Part shown: positions 28,911 to 38,626 of the stretch, in pieces
Position numbering within the stretch: the first letter of the stretch is position 1
Layout: the number at the start of each line of letters is the position of its first letter
From: an uncultured Gemmatimonadales bacterium
Lineage (GTDB): Bacteria > Gemmatimonadota > Gemmatimonadetes > Longimicrobiales > Longimicrobiaceae
DNA: 64,000 bases
Direction: 5' to 3'
Assembly (NCBI GenBank): GCA_963716255.1
Contig: OY970303.1
Span: 4,256,001-4,320,000 of the forward strand
Position numbers and translations under genes: made by a program
Notes under the pieces: model-generated
What the model saw: the letters and a program-made list of their open reading frames with translations, nothing else
Databases searched by the model: none
Told to the model about the DNA's origin: nothing

Positions 28911-31062
28911 ATGCTCCGTCCCGCGCTGCTTCTCGCCCCGCTGCTCGTCCCCCTTTCCCTCGCCGCCCAGGCGGTGCACGGCTCCGTGGTGGTGGAGTCC
29001 GGCGGGGAGCCTGTCCCGAGCGCGCTGGTGCTCCTGCTGGACGCATCCGGCAGCACCCGGGCGGGGACGCTCACCGGCGCGGACGGCCGCTTCTCGCTCG
29101 CGGCCCCCGCCCCGGGGACCTATACGCTGCGCGTGGACCGGGTGGGGCACGAGAGCGCGGTGTCGCCGGCGCTCGCGCTGCGCGCGGGGGAAACGGCCGA
29201 GCAGCGCCTGGTCGCCCCGGCGCGCGCGGTCCAGCTGGATGGAATCTCGGTGCGGTCCTCCGGGCGGCGCTGCCAGCTCCGCCCGGGGTCCGGCGAGGCG
29301 GCGGCCACCCTGTGGACGGAGGCGCGCAAGGCGCTGAACGCCGCGGCGTGGGTGCGCGGCGCCCGCCAGACCCCCTACGAGGTGGTGCGCTTCGACCGGG
29401 AGCTGGACCCCGGCTCGCTCCGCGTGCTGCGCGAGGACCGCCGCGTGGCCACGGCGGCGGCCACCCACCCCTTCGCCAGCATCCCCGCCGACTCGCTTTC
29501 CCGCCGCGGCTTCGTGCAGAGCGGCGCCTCGGGGACCTTCTACTACGCCCCGGACGCGCTCGTGCTTCTTTCGGACACCTTCCTGGACGACCACTGCTTC
29601 CACGTCGCGGAGGGCGGCGGCGAGGGGCTGGTGGGGCTTGCCTTCCAGCCGGTGCGGGGGCGCGGCGTCCCCGAGGTGCGCGGGGTGTTCTGGCTGGACC
29701 GCGCGAGCGCGGAGCTGCGCTGGCTGGAGTACGAGTACGTGGGGCTCCCCGCCTCGCTGCCGGAGGGGAAGCTCGGCGGGCGGGTGGAGTTCGAGCGGCT
29801 CCCCAGCGGCGCCTGGTTCGTGAGCCGCTGGGCGCTCCGCATGCCCCGCCTGGCCCGCGAGTCCGGCCGCGTCCGGGAGGTGACCGGAAGGTCCGCGTGG
29901 GTGCCCGGCGGCCCGGAAAAGCTGGTGGGGATCCTGGAAACGGGCGGGGAGGTGAGGATCGGGGGCGCGCGGGAGCGCGCCCCGGCCCCCGCGCGGCTGG
30001 CGGTGGCGGGGAGCGTGTACGACAGCCTGCGCGCGGCGCCGCTCGCGGGCGCGTCGGTGTTCCTGTCGGGCACCGTGCACCGGGCCACGGCCGGGGCGGA
30101 CGGGCGCTTCCGCCTGGAGGACGTGCCGGAGGGGGAGTACCAGGTCTCCTTCTCGCACCCCTCGCTGGCCGCGCTGGGCGTCGCTCCCCCCGTGACGACG
30201 TTCGCCCTGCGCGCCGGCGAGGCGCCGGCGCTGGAGCTGGCCGTTCCCTCGGCGGCGACGCTGGCGGCGGCGGTCTGCCCGGGCGGAGGGGCGGCGGGCT
30301 CGGCGGCGCTGGTGGGCGCGGTCCGCGGCCCCGCGGGGGAGCCGGTGCCGGGCGCGCGGGTGGTGCTCTCGTGGGGGAGGAGCCGCGTGGAAACGGTCGC
30401 CGGCGCGGAGGGAGCCTACCGGGCCTGCGGGATCCCCGCCGCGGCCCGGGTGGCGGCCGAGGTGCGCTCCGACGGGCTCGCCCCCGTGCGCGCGGTGCTG
30501 GAGCCGGCCTCCGCCCCGCTGGCCGTGCGCGACCTGCGCGCGGGCGAGCCGGTGCGGCTGGGCGCCGACGGGCGCCCGGTCCCGCTGGGCGAGGTGCGCG
30601 TCGCGGGCCGCTCCCGCACGCCGCCGGCCGCGGCCGACCGGCTCCGCATCGGCCGGGAGGAGATCGCCGCGACGGGGGTGGGGAACGCGCACGAGGCCGT
30701 TCGAGCGGCTGCGCCCCGACTGGATGCGCACCCGCGGGCTCCAGTCGCTGTCGCTGGGGACCAAGGGGCGGGACGGGGTGGTCAGGACCGTGGAGGCGGG
30801 GGCCGGCGGGGCGCCGGTCACCCGGGAGTCTCCCGGGGCGAGCGCCGGGTCGGGAGATGCCGGCGCCCCGGTCGCGGCGGGGACGGGACAGTCGGAGATC
30901 GCCGTCTACGTGGACGGCAACCGCGCGGGAGGCGTCGACGAGCTCCGGCAGGTGCCGGCGTCGCTGGTCGTGTCCATCGAATACCTGGACGCCCCTTCCG
31001 CCTCCATCCGCTTCGGCACCGGCCACGCCCAGGGCGCGATCGTGGTCACCACGGGGCGCTAG
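28911..31062 (+). pseudogene. Carboxypeptidase-regulatory-like repeat + TonB plug-like protein, frameshifted near 30700 (genuine or sequencing error)
   Basis: GCC GTT C GAG CGG: removing one base joins ...AHEAV to ERLRPDWMRTRG...IRFGTGHAQGAIVVTT; paralog of 38627-40741. Confidence 0.8.
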
Positions 31063-31066
31063 CCGG

Positions 31067-32698
31067 ATGCCCACCCCGGCGAGGACGCGAGCCGCGGCGG
31101 CTTCCGGGTGGGCGGCGGGGATCCTCGCGCTCCTCGTGGCCGGGTGCGCGCGAGGCGACGCGCCGGACGGAGGCGCGTGGCTGGTGACGCACGGCGCCGA
31201 CACCGTGCTGGTGGAGCGCGCCGCGGGCGGCGACTCCGCGGCGGGGGAGATGCGCCTGGGCGAGCTGGCGCGGGTGCGCTGGTCGCTGCGCGAGGACGCC
31301 GGCGGCGCCCGGCTGGACGCGTGGCTTACGCCGGCCGGGGCCCCCGCGGGACCGGCTCCGCTCCGCCTGGCGACCGTGGTGGAGGGGACCGACGCCCGCA
31401 CGGAGATGCGCCGGGGCGGGGGGGTGCGGACCGCCCGGGCGCGCGTGGCCCCCGGGACGCTCCCGTACCTGGGCCCCTCGGTGGCGCTGCTGGAGCGCGC
31501 GCTGCGCGGCCCCGCCGGCCGCGGGGGGAGCGGGGTGCGACTCTTCCTCCTCCCCGCCGGCGCCGCGGTCCGGGTGCCCGTGGAGCGGCTGGGCGTCGAC
31601 TCCGTCCGGCTGGTGGTGGAGGGGAACGAGTGGCGGCTGGCGGTGGACGCCGAGCGGCGGGTGACCGGCGGCCGCAACGTCACACGCGGGTGGACGGTCC
31701 GCCGCGTCCCGCGGGTGCCGGACGCCGCGCTCGCCCCCGGGCCCCAGCGGCTCGCCCCGCCCCCCGGCGACCCGTACGGCCCGCCGCCCGGCGCGCCCTA
31801 CACCGCCCGGGAGGTGCGCGTGAGCGCCCCGGGCGGCCACACCCTGGCGGGGACGCTCACCCTTCCGCGCGGCCGCCGACCCGCCGCGGCGGTGCTCCTC
31901 CTTTCCGGCTCCAGCCCCCAGGACCGCGACGGCTCCGAGGACGGCTCGCCCTTCCACCCCTTCCGGGAGATCGCCGACACGCTGGGACGGCTGGGGATCG
32001 CGGTGCTGCGGCTGGACGACCGCGGCGTGGGCGCGAGCACCGGCCGCTTCGCCCCGTCCACCATCACGGAGCGCGCCGGGGACGCCCGCGCGGCGCTGGC
32101 CTTCCTCCGCGCCCGGGCGGAGGTGGACCCCGGCCGGGTCGCGCTGGTGGGGCTGAGCGAGGGCGGGGCCATCGCGGCGATGCTCGCGGCCGGCGACGGC
32201 CGGCTCCGCGGCATCGCCCTCCTGGGCAGCCCCGGCGACTCGGGCCGCGCGGTCGCCCGCTACCAGACCCGGGCCCGCGTGGAGGCCGACCCGGCGGTCG
32301 CCCCCGCGGGGCGGGACTCGGCGGCGGCCGAGCAGATGCGCGACTGGGAGGCGCGTGCCGCGTCGGACCCGTGGATCGCCTCCTTCCTGCGGCACGACCC
32401 GGTGGCCGCGGCGCGCCGCGTACGGGTGCCGGTGTTGGTGATGCACGGAACCCGCGACCGCAACGTGGATCCCGCCGACGCGGCTCGGCTGGGCGCCGCG
32501 CTGCGGGCCGCCGGGAACCCGGACGTGACGGTGCGTCTCGTCCCGGGGGTGAGCCACACCATGCTGCGCGATCCGGACGGGGCGCCGGCGCGGGAGATGT
32601 ACCTGTACCGGGCTCGGCTCGCCCCCGAGGTGGTGGGCGCGCTGGGGGAGTGGCTGGCGGCGCGGCTGGGACGGCCCGGAACCGTGCCGGTCAAGTAG
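31067..32698 (+). CDS. Alpha/beta hydrolase lipoprotein
   Basis: Lipobox VAGC; SGSSPQDRD, DDRGVGAS, GLSEGG nucleophile, HGTRDRNV, SH. Confidence 0.88.
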   Translation: MPTPARTRAAAASGWAAGILALLVAGCARGDAPDGGAWLVTHGADTVLVERAAGGDSAAGEMRLGELARVRWSLREDAGGARLDAWLTPAGAPAGPAPLRLATVVEGTDARTEMRRGGGVRTARARVAPGTLPYLGPSVALLERALRGPAGRGGSGVRLFLLPAGAAVRVPVERLGVDSVRLVVEGNEWRLAVDAERRVTGGRNVTRGWTVRRVPRVPDAALAPGPQRLAPPPGDPYGPPPGAPYTAREVRVSAPGGHTLAGTLTLPRGRRPAAAVLLLSGSSPQDRDGSEDGSPFHPFREIADTLGRLGIAVLRLDDRGVGASTGRFAPSTITERAGDARAALAFLRARAEVDPGRVALVGLSEGGAIAAMLAAGDGRLRGIALLGSPGDSGRAVARYQTRARVEADPAVAPAGRDSAAAEQMRDWEARAASDPWIASFLRHDPVAAARRVRVPVLVMHGTRDRNVDPADAARLGAALRAAGNPDVTVRLVPGVSHTMLRDPDGAPAREMYLYRARLAPEVVGALGEWLAARLGRPGTVPVK

Positions 32699-32768
32699 TC
32701 AAAGGTGCACTGCCTTGATCGGCCCCTGACCGCTTTTGATCTTCATTGCATGCATTTCCCGACGAACC

Positions 32769-32797
32769 TTGTGAACTACCGGGCGATTCCGTACATT
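32769..32797 (+). promoter_or_regulatory. Sigma70-type promoter of the Cys-rich peptide operon
   Basis: TTGTGA-N17-TACATT in an AT-richer spacer. Confidence 0.5.
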
Positions 32798-32865
32798 ATC
32801 CACGCGCCCGGAGCACGCGGCTCCCGCCCCGCCCGTTCGCGAACCTGCCGCTCTACCGTACGCGC

Positions 32866-33447
32866 ATGCCGCAGGCATTCCGCCAAAAGCTTTCCCGGCT
32901 GTTCACCCTTCCCGACCTCGGTGCCCTGGACGGCGCGCGCTTCGCCGTGCTGGTGCTCGGCATCCTGGCGGCGGGTCTGTGGATGGGAGTGAAGGGGCTG
33001 GAGTCGCACGCCGACTTCCGGCGCCGCCGTGTGCAGATGGAGCTGAAGGCCCGGGCGTGGTCCCCGCTGACGTACCGCCAGCCGCTGCGGGTGAAGGCGT
33101 CCGGCGGGGCGCCTGCGAGCGCTGCACCCGCTGTGCTGGTGCGCGCCGACTCGCTCCCGCGCGCGGAGGAGGCCCGCCTGTGCGGCCTGCTCCGCGCGCC
33201 CGGGGGCGCCCGCTGGTACTCGCTTTCCGCGGAGGTTCCCGGGTGCGCGCTGGACCGCACCTCGGCGCGGGTGTCCGTTGCCGTTTCCGGGAAGGACGCC
33301 GGGCTGCGGGGCGCGCGCTGGATCCTGGTGGAGGGAGACTCCATGGCGCTGTACAGCCTGCGCGAGCTTCCCTCCCCGGCGGAGGCGCGCCGGATCCTCG
33401 AAGCCTTCACGCCGCCCATCGTCCCGACCACCGCCTCCCGCCCATGA
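32866..33447 (+). CDS. Membrane-anchored hypothetical protein
   Basis: One TM helix, then a soluble domain with two Cys; ATGA overlap with the next gene. Confidence 0.65.
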   Translation: MPQAFRQKLSRLFTLPDLGALDGARFAVLVLGILAAGLWMGVKGLESHADFRRRRVQMELKARAWSPLTYRQPLRVKASGGAPASAAPAVLVRADSLPRAEEARLCGLLRAPGGARWYSLSAEVPGCALDRTSARVSVAVSGKDAGLRGARWILVEGDSMALYSLRELPSPAEARRILEAFTPPIVPTTASRP

Positions 33448-34703
33448 TCCCCCTCCGGAAACCCTCTTCGCCGCTCCTCGCGCTCGGCATGGCCGCGGCG
33501 CTCGCCGGGTGCGGCGGCGACAAGATGAAGGCGGAGCTCGCCTCGCCGCTGTACGCCGCCCCCGTCGCGGCCACCCTCGTGGCCACCGTGGACGCCGGCG
33601 AAGCGCTCCCGGCGGAGCGCGCGCCGGAGATTCCCGCCGCGCGCCGGGTGTTCTCGCTGGGTACGGTGGACGGCGACGAGCGCTACATGTTCGGGCAGAT
33701 CGCAGACGTGGCCGCCAGCCGCGGCGGCGACACCGTGTACGTGCTGGACCGGATGGAGCGCAGGGTCAAGGCGTTCGACTCCAGGGGGGAGTTCCTCTTC
33801 GATTTCGGCCGGGGCGGGGACGGGCCGGGGGAGTACCAGGCGCCCTCCAGCCTGGTGACGCTTCCCTGGAACGGGCGCCTGGGGGTGTGGGACTGGGAGC
33901 AGCAGCGGCTCACCGTCCTGACGCCGGAGGGCAGGGTGGTGGAGACGCTGCGTCCGCTGCGGGAGGCCAAGCAGGGCGTGGTGCGGACCGGGCAGCGGCT
34001 GCGGGCGTACCGGGACGGCTTCATCATCGAGGTGCGCAGCGACCCGCTGGTCATCCCCCCGGCGCGGCAGCGCGGATACCTGGTGCGGCTGGACACGCTG
34101 GGGCAGGCCCGCGACACGGTGCTCGACTTCGCCATCCCCACCATCGAGGCGGAGCAGCGCACCTACGGGACGAGCAGCACCAGCACGCACTGGTCGGCCC
34201 CGCCCGACTTCACGCCATCGCCCACCTGGGACGCCTTCCCCGACGGATCGGTGGTGTTCGTTCCCGGCGGCCCGTACGAGGTGTACCGGGTGGGGTCGGA
34301 CCGCGCCGTCCGCCGCGTGAAGCGCCCCTGGATTCATCAGGCAGTCACCCGCCGGGACCGCGTGATCAACCTGCGCGAGTCGCAGGAGCGCGGCATGTTC
34401 AGCAAACAGATCCCCATGCTGCTGCTGGAGGCGATCAACCGGAAGCACTTCGCCGCGACCCGCCCGGCGCTTTCGGGCGCGCTTGCGCTGGAGGACGGCG
34501 GCGTGGCTGCGCGCCGCTTCGACGTGGCGGACGAGTGGGAGGGGCGTTCCCGCACCTGGGACGAGTACTCACCGGCGGGAACGCCCCGCGGCACCGTCCG
34601 CTATCCGGCGGGCTTCGAGCCCCTGCTCTCCAGGCACGGCCGCGTCTACGGTGTGCGCCGCGACGAGCTGGCCGTGGACCACCTGGAGGTCTACCGCCGA
34701 TGA
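33444..34703 (+). CDS. 6-bladed beta-propeller (NHL-like) lipoprotein
   Basis: Lipobox LAGC; FGQIADVA, VYVLD, FDSRGEFLFDFGRGGDGPGEY. Confidence 0.85.
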   Translation: MIPLRKPSSPLLALGMAAALAGCGGDKMKAELASPLYAAPVAATLVATVDAGEALPAERAPEIPAARRVFSLGTVDGDERYMFGQIADVAASRGGDTVYVLDRMERRVKAFDSRGEFLFDFGRGGDGPGEYQAPSSLVTLPWNGRLGVWDWEQQRLTVLTPEGRVVETLRPLREAKQGVVRTGQRLRAYRDGFIIEVRSDPLVIPPARQRGYLVRLDTLGQARDTVLDFAIPTIEAEQRTYGTSSTSTHWSAPPDFTPSPTWDAFPDGSVVFVPGGPYEVYRVGSDRAVRRVKRPWIHQAVTRRDRVINLRESQERGMFSKQIPMLLLEAINRKHFAATRPALSGALALEDGGVAARRFDVADEWEGRSRTWDEYSPAGTPRGTVRYPAGFEPLLSRHGRVYGVRRDELAVDHLEVYRR

Positions 34704-35284
34704 CGCCCGGCGCACGGCCTCGGCGCAGAAGGTGGAGGGTGGCCGCCGCCGCGCTGGCTCTCCTGGTGGCGACGCTGGCGTGGCGCGGGTTGACGGCGGT
34801 CCGCGAGCTGAGCGCGGCGCTGCGCTACGAGGGCGAGCCGACCGAAGCCATCGTCACGGTGCGTGCTCTGGGCGGCGCCACGGCACGGCCGCTCGGCGGA
34901 GGCGCCGCGGTGGACCTCGGGAGCCTGGAGCGCGCCGTCGTCTTCGTCTTCGACCCGGCGTGCTCGCCCACGGCCGGCAACATGTGGAACTGGGTGGACG
35001 TGCTCGGAGCGCCGGAGGCGCGTTCGGTCCGCAGGCTCGCGGTGACGCTGAACGGGATGCCGGGCGCGGTGGAGTACTGGCGGCGGCTGGGCGGGCGGGT
35101 AGAAGTGGTGGCCGTGGACTCCGCCACCATGCGGAACCGCCTGCGGGTGGACGCCACGCCCGCTACCCTGCTATTGGAAGACGGCGCCGTGCGGCAGGTG
35201 TACGCGGGGCCGCTGAATGCCCTTGCGAAGCAGGAGGTGGTCGCGTGGCTCGGCCGCCCGCCCGCTGCGGCCCGGAAACGCTGA
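34700..35284 (+). CDS. Membrane-anchored thioredoxin-fold protein (CxxT)
   Basis: TM helix; VVFVFDPACSPT; VDATPATLLLEDGAVRQVYAG. Confidence 0.75.
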   Translation: MTPGARPRRRRWRVAAAALALLVATLAWRGLTAVRELSAALRYEGEPTEAIVTVRALGGATARPLGGGAAVDLGSLERAVVFVFDPACSPTAGNMWNWVDVLGAPEARSVRRLAVTLNGMPGAVEYWRRLGGRVEVVAVDSATMRNRLRVDATPATLLLEDGAVRQVYAGPLNALAKQEVVAWLGRPPAAARKR

Positions 35285-35353
35285 GACGGCAGGGTCGGGG
35301 GGTCCGTAGCCAGGCAGGCCGAAACCCGCTTTCACCCATTCACCGGAGATCTC

Positions 35354-35620
35354 ATGAGAGACGCCACTCGCCGAAGAGCCATCGCCCTGAAGCTCGCGCT
35401 CCTCGTCCTGTTCGCGGGAGCCGGGCTCTTCATCTCGCCCAACCTCGTGCAGCGAGCGTATGCGTTCAGCGTGGACCGCTGCACCGCGACCTGCAAGTAC
35501 GGGTCGTGCACCGGCACGGGGAACTGCACCTGCACGTGCTCCTTCTGGTCGGGTACCCCTGTGTGCAACTGTACCGGTCTGGAGGGCGGTGAATCGCCGG
35601 ACAGCACCATCGCGAACTGA
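35354..35620 (+). CDS. Secreted cysteine-rich peptide (8 Cys)
   Basis: GGAG RBS; signal peptide ending AYA; CTATCKYGSCTGTGNCTCTCSFWSGTPVCNC. Confidence 0.8.
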   Translation: MRDATRRRAIALKLALLVLFAGAGLFISPNLVQRAYAFSVDRCTATCKYGSCTGTGNCTCTCSFWSGTPVCNCTGLEGGESPDSTIAN

Positions 35621-35715
35621 TCCGTCGCTGGCGGGTCCCCCGGCCCGACGAACAGGGAGCGGAGCGCCATCGCGGCGCTCCGCTCCTCGTGCTTTCCGGG
35701 GTGGCGGCGCCCGGC

Positions 35716-35960
35716 CTACTGATCCACCAGCCAGTCCTTTGCGGCTTCCAGCTCGTCGAACGCCCGGAGCGCGCGCCGCGTGAAGAGCAGGATGGTGCCG
35801 AAGACGGCGCGATGGATGCCGGACATCCCCACCACCGCCCCCGCGCGCACGAAGGGCCGGTTGTGCTCCGCCAGCGCCTCGATCGCCCGGATCACCTCCG
35901 TGTTGTAGCGCGCGTCCCGCACGTACGTGAGGGTGAGCAGCGACCCCGGCGCCTGCCGGG
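35716..35960 (-). pseudogene. 5'-truncated STAS/SpoIIAA-like gene fused to a repeat A end
   Basis: ..GSLLTLTYVRDARYN...AFDELEAAKDWLV; reading frame runs into a repeat fragment at 35941-35969 with no RBS or plausible N-terminus. Confidence 0.55.
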
Positions 35961-35991
35961 GGCACGCCCGAATCCGCCCTCGAACGCGTCG

Positions 35992-36612
35992 TCAGAGAAT
36001 CCGTCGTCCCGCGGCGTCGAACGCCTCCACCACGGCTTCATGCGCGGGCGACCCGGAAAGCTCGTCGGCGAGAAGACCCCAGACCATGGTGTCGCGTGGC
36101 CCCCCGTCGGGGGCCACGGCGTCGGCGCGCAGGGTGGCCTCGTGCCGGAACCCCAGCTTGGCGGGGATGGCGGAGCTGCGCGTGTTCAGCGGGTCGCAGC
36201 GGATCTCCAGGCGCCGCACCCGCTCCACCTCGAAGGCCACCCGGGTGAGCGCGGCCGAGGCCTCCGTGGCCAGCCCGCGCCCCACGTGCTCGGCGTGGAT
36301 CCAGTAGCCGATCTCGCGGCGCTCCCCGGCGCGCGTGTGCAGCCCCGTCCCGCCGAGAAGGCGGGCCTCGGCACGGTCGAAGATGCCGTACATGAAGTCC
36401 TCGCCCAGGTCGAAGTTGCCCCGGAAGCGGCGCAGGTCGGCGATGCGCGCGTCCATCCCCTTGGGCTCGGCTGCGGCCCACGGCATCCAGGCGCGCAGGT
36501 GATCCAGGCTGGCCTCCACGGCGCTGCTCAGGAGCGCCGCGTCGCGCGGGTCCCAGCAGCGGACCACCAGCCGCGGCGTGTGGACGCGGTACGCGGGGCC
36601 GGGGACGCTCAC
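35992..36612 (-). CDS. GNAT N-acetyltransferase (RimJ/RimL family)
   Basis: HLRAWMPW, EIGYWI....GRGLATEA, N.RSSAIPAKLGF. Confidence 0.9.
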   Translation of the reverse strand: MSVPGPAYRVHTPRLVVRCWDPRDAALLSSAVEASLDHLRAWMPWAAAEPKGMDARIADLRRFRGNFDLGEDFMYGIFDRAEARLLGGTGLHTRAGERREIGYWIHAEHVGRGLATEASAALTRVAFEVERVRRLEIRCDPLNTRSSAIPAKLGFRHEATLRADAVAPDGGPRDTMVWGLLADELSGSPAHEAVVEAFDAAGRRIL

Positions 36613-36878
36613 GCGGCGCCCTCCCCGGCGGCGGGCGCGCCGGAGCCCACCAGGAAGTGCTCGTCGGCGCGGTCGTGGTCGATCTGCTCGCGCAGGAGCG
36701 GACCGGCGGGGGCGTCGTGCGTCATGCGGGGACCTCCGGGTCGTGGGGGCGGAGGGGAGGCCTGCGGCGTGGCGTCCGCAAAACTACGGGGCTCCCGCGG
36801 AACCGGCCAGGGGCCGCGGCGCGCGGCTTGCGCGCGGTGGGAGCGGAGGCCGCGGGGACCACGAGCGAGGAGGTGAGA

Positions 36879-37580
36879 ATGCTGGAGCACGGGTGGGACG
36901 TGACGCCGGTGGAGGCGAAGCGCATCCAGGAGGAGCTGCGCCGCGAGCTGGTGCTGGAGCCGCCGCCCGGCTTCGCGCCGCGGCTGGCGGGCGGGGCGGA
37001 CATGTCGTTCGAGCGCTTCGCCACCCACGGGTACGCCGGGGTGGTGGTGCTGGACACGGAGTCCATGGAAACGGTGGCGGAGGGGGCGGCGGAGGCGGAG
37101 CTCGCTTTTCCCTACGTGCCGGGGTTCCTTTCCTTCCGCGAGCTGCCGCCCATCATGGTGGCGTGGGAGCGGCTGGAGCGAAAGCCGGACGTGCTGGTGT
37201 TCGACGGGCAGGGGACGGCGCACCCGCGTCGCTTCGGGGTGGCGTGCCACGGCGGGCTGCTCCTGGGCGTCCCCTCCATCGGGTGCGCCAAGTCGCTGCT
37301 GGTGGGGACCCACGGTCCGCTGGGCGAGGAGCGGGGCTCCACGGCGGCGCTGGTGCACCGCGGCGAGACGGTGGGGATGGTGGTTCGCACCCGCACGGGG
37401 GTGAAGCCGGTGTACGTGTCGCCGGGGCACCGCATGGACCTGGACACGGCGGTGGAGATCGTCCTGCGCCTCTGCCCGCGCTTCCGGGAGCCGGAGACGA
37501 CGCGGCGCAGCCACCAGCTGGTCAACAACCTGCGCAGAAAGGCGGGGGAGGAGCGCGCGAGGCTGCCTCCAAATCCTTGA
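36879..37580 (+). CDS. nfi: Endonuclease V
   Basis: GADMSF, FPYVPGFLSFRE, FDGQGTAHPRRFGVACH, IGCAKS, PVYVSPGH. Confidence 0.95.
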   Translation: MLEHGWDVTPVEAKRIQEELRRELVLEPPPGFAPRLAGGADMSFERFATHGYAGVVVLDTESMETVAEGAAEAELAFPYVPGFLSFRELPPIMVAWERLERKPDVLVFDGQGTAHPRRFGVACHGGLLLGVPSIGCAKSLLVGTHGPLGEERGSTAALVHRGETVGMVVRTRTGVKPVYVSPGHRMDLDTAVEIVLRLCPRFREPETTRRSHQLVNNLRRKAGEERARLPPNP

Positions 37581-37649
37581 CCGGGGCCGGTTTTCGCCGC
37601 ATCCTTCCATGTGCGCGGGCCCGTTCCTCACCCCACACCCCACCCCGCC

Positions 37650-38423
37650 ATGATCGCGCTCCCCGTCGGCTCGTCCCTCCGGCTCCTCGCGGCCGGCCTC
37701 GCCGCCCTCTGCTCGCTCGCGGCCGGGGAGGCGCGCGCCCAGCAGGGCTCCTCCGCCCTGGTGGTGTCGGTCACGTCGCAGGGCTCCGGGCGGCCGGTGA
37801 TGGGGGCGCGGGTGTCGGTGGTGGGCACCGGGATCGCGGCCACCACCGACGCCGCCGGCCGGCTGCGCATGGTGGGGGTGCCGGTGGGGGTGCAGACGGT
37901 GGAGGTGCGCCGCCTGGGCTACGCCACCCGGCTCAAGCTGGTGGACCTCAGGGCGGGCGAGTCCACCCCGGTGGCCTTCGACCTGGAGGTGGTGGCGATC
38001 CCGGTGGCCGCGATCCGCGTGGAAGCCAAGCGGCGCGACTGGGGGGCCGAGTACCTGGAGCGCAACGGCTTCGACCGGCGCCGCAGGAACGGGCTGGGCG
38101 CCTTCCTCACCCGCGCCGACATCGAGCGGCGGCGACCCCACTTCCTGAGCGACGCGCTGCGCTCGGTGTCCGGGCTCAGCTTCCGGCCCAACGGGATGCG
38201 CGGCGACGCCTACGTGTCCATGACGCGCACGGGGAGCCGCCCCTGCCCGGTGCAGTACTTCGTGGACGGCCAGCTCATCGGCCCCGGCTTCAACATCGAC
38301 GAGATCTCCGCCGGCGACGTGGAGGGACTGGAGGTGTACCGCGGGGCGTCGCAGGTGCCGCCGGAGTTCAACCGCCGCACCTCGGCGTGCGGGGTGATCG
38401 CGGTGTGGACCCGGCCGCAGTGA
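37650..38423 (+). CDS. Carboxypeptidase-regulatory-like domain + TonB plug-like protein
   Basis: VRRLGY, GFDRRRRNGLGAFLTR, C...FVDG, LEVYRGASQVP, CGVIAVWT. Confidence 0.8.
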   Translation: MIALPVGSSLRLLAAGLAALCSLAAGEARAQQGSSALVVSVTSQGSGRPVMGARVSVVGTGIAATTDAAGRLRMVGVPVGVQTVEVRRLGYATRLKLVDLRAGESTPVAFDLEVVAIPVAAIRVEAKRRDWGAEYLERNGFDRRRRNGLGAFLTRADIERRRPHFLSDALRSVSGLSFRPNGMRGDAYVSMTRTGSRPCPVQYFVDGQLIGPGFNIDEISAGDVEGLEVYRGASQVPPEFNRRTSACGVIAVWTRPQ

Positions 38424-38626
38424 ACGGGAGTGCGAGTGTGCGGGAGTGCGAAAGTGCGGGCGTGAACGGCGGGGCGATGGGCTGAGGGCGGATGCGGGGA
38501 GCCCCTCCGGACGGGTGGGGCTCTTCGTGCTTCGGCCGGGTTCGCGTGAAGCATCTTTCTCCCACCGTCCTGAATGCGCCCTCGCGGGGGGCGCTCCTCC
38601 GCCGGGTCCCCTTTCCGGTCGTGCGC

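Noticed and set aside
29312..31066. N-terminal extension of the 1128-aa ORF
   Set aside because: Off-frame overlap with the upstream gene; the real hydrolase starts at 31067
35354..35620. Cys-rich peptide as a ranthipeptide, sactipeptide or lanthipeptide precursor
   Set aside because: No radical SAM/SPASM or Lan enzyme nearby, and it has a Sec-type signal rather than a RiPP leader
36609..36725. 38-aa minus-strand ORF (MTHDAPAG...) coupled to the GNAT gene
   Set aside because: Has an RBS but is too short to assign; may be a gene remnant
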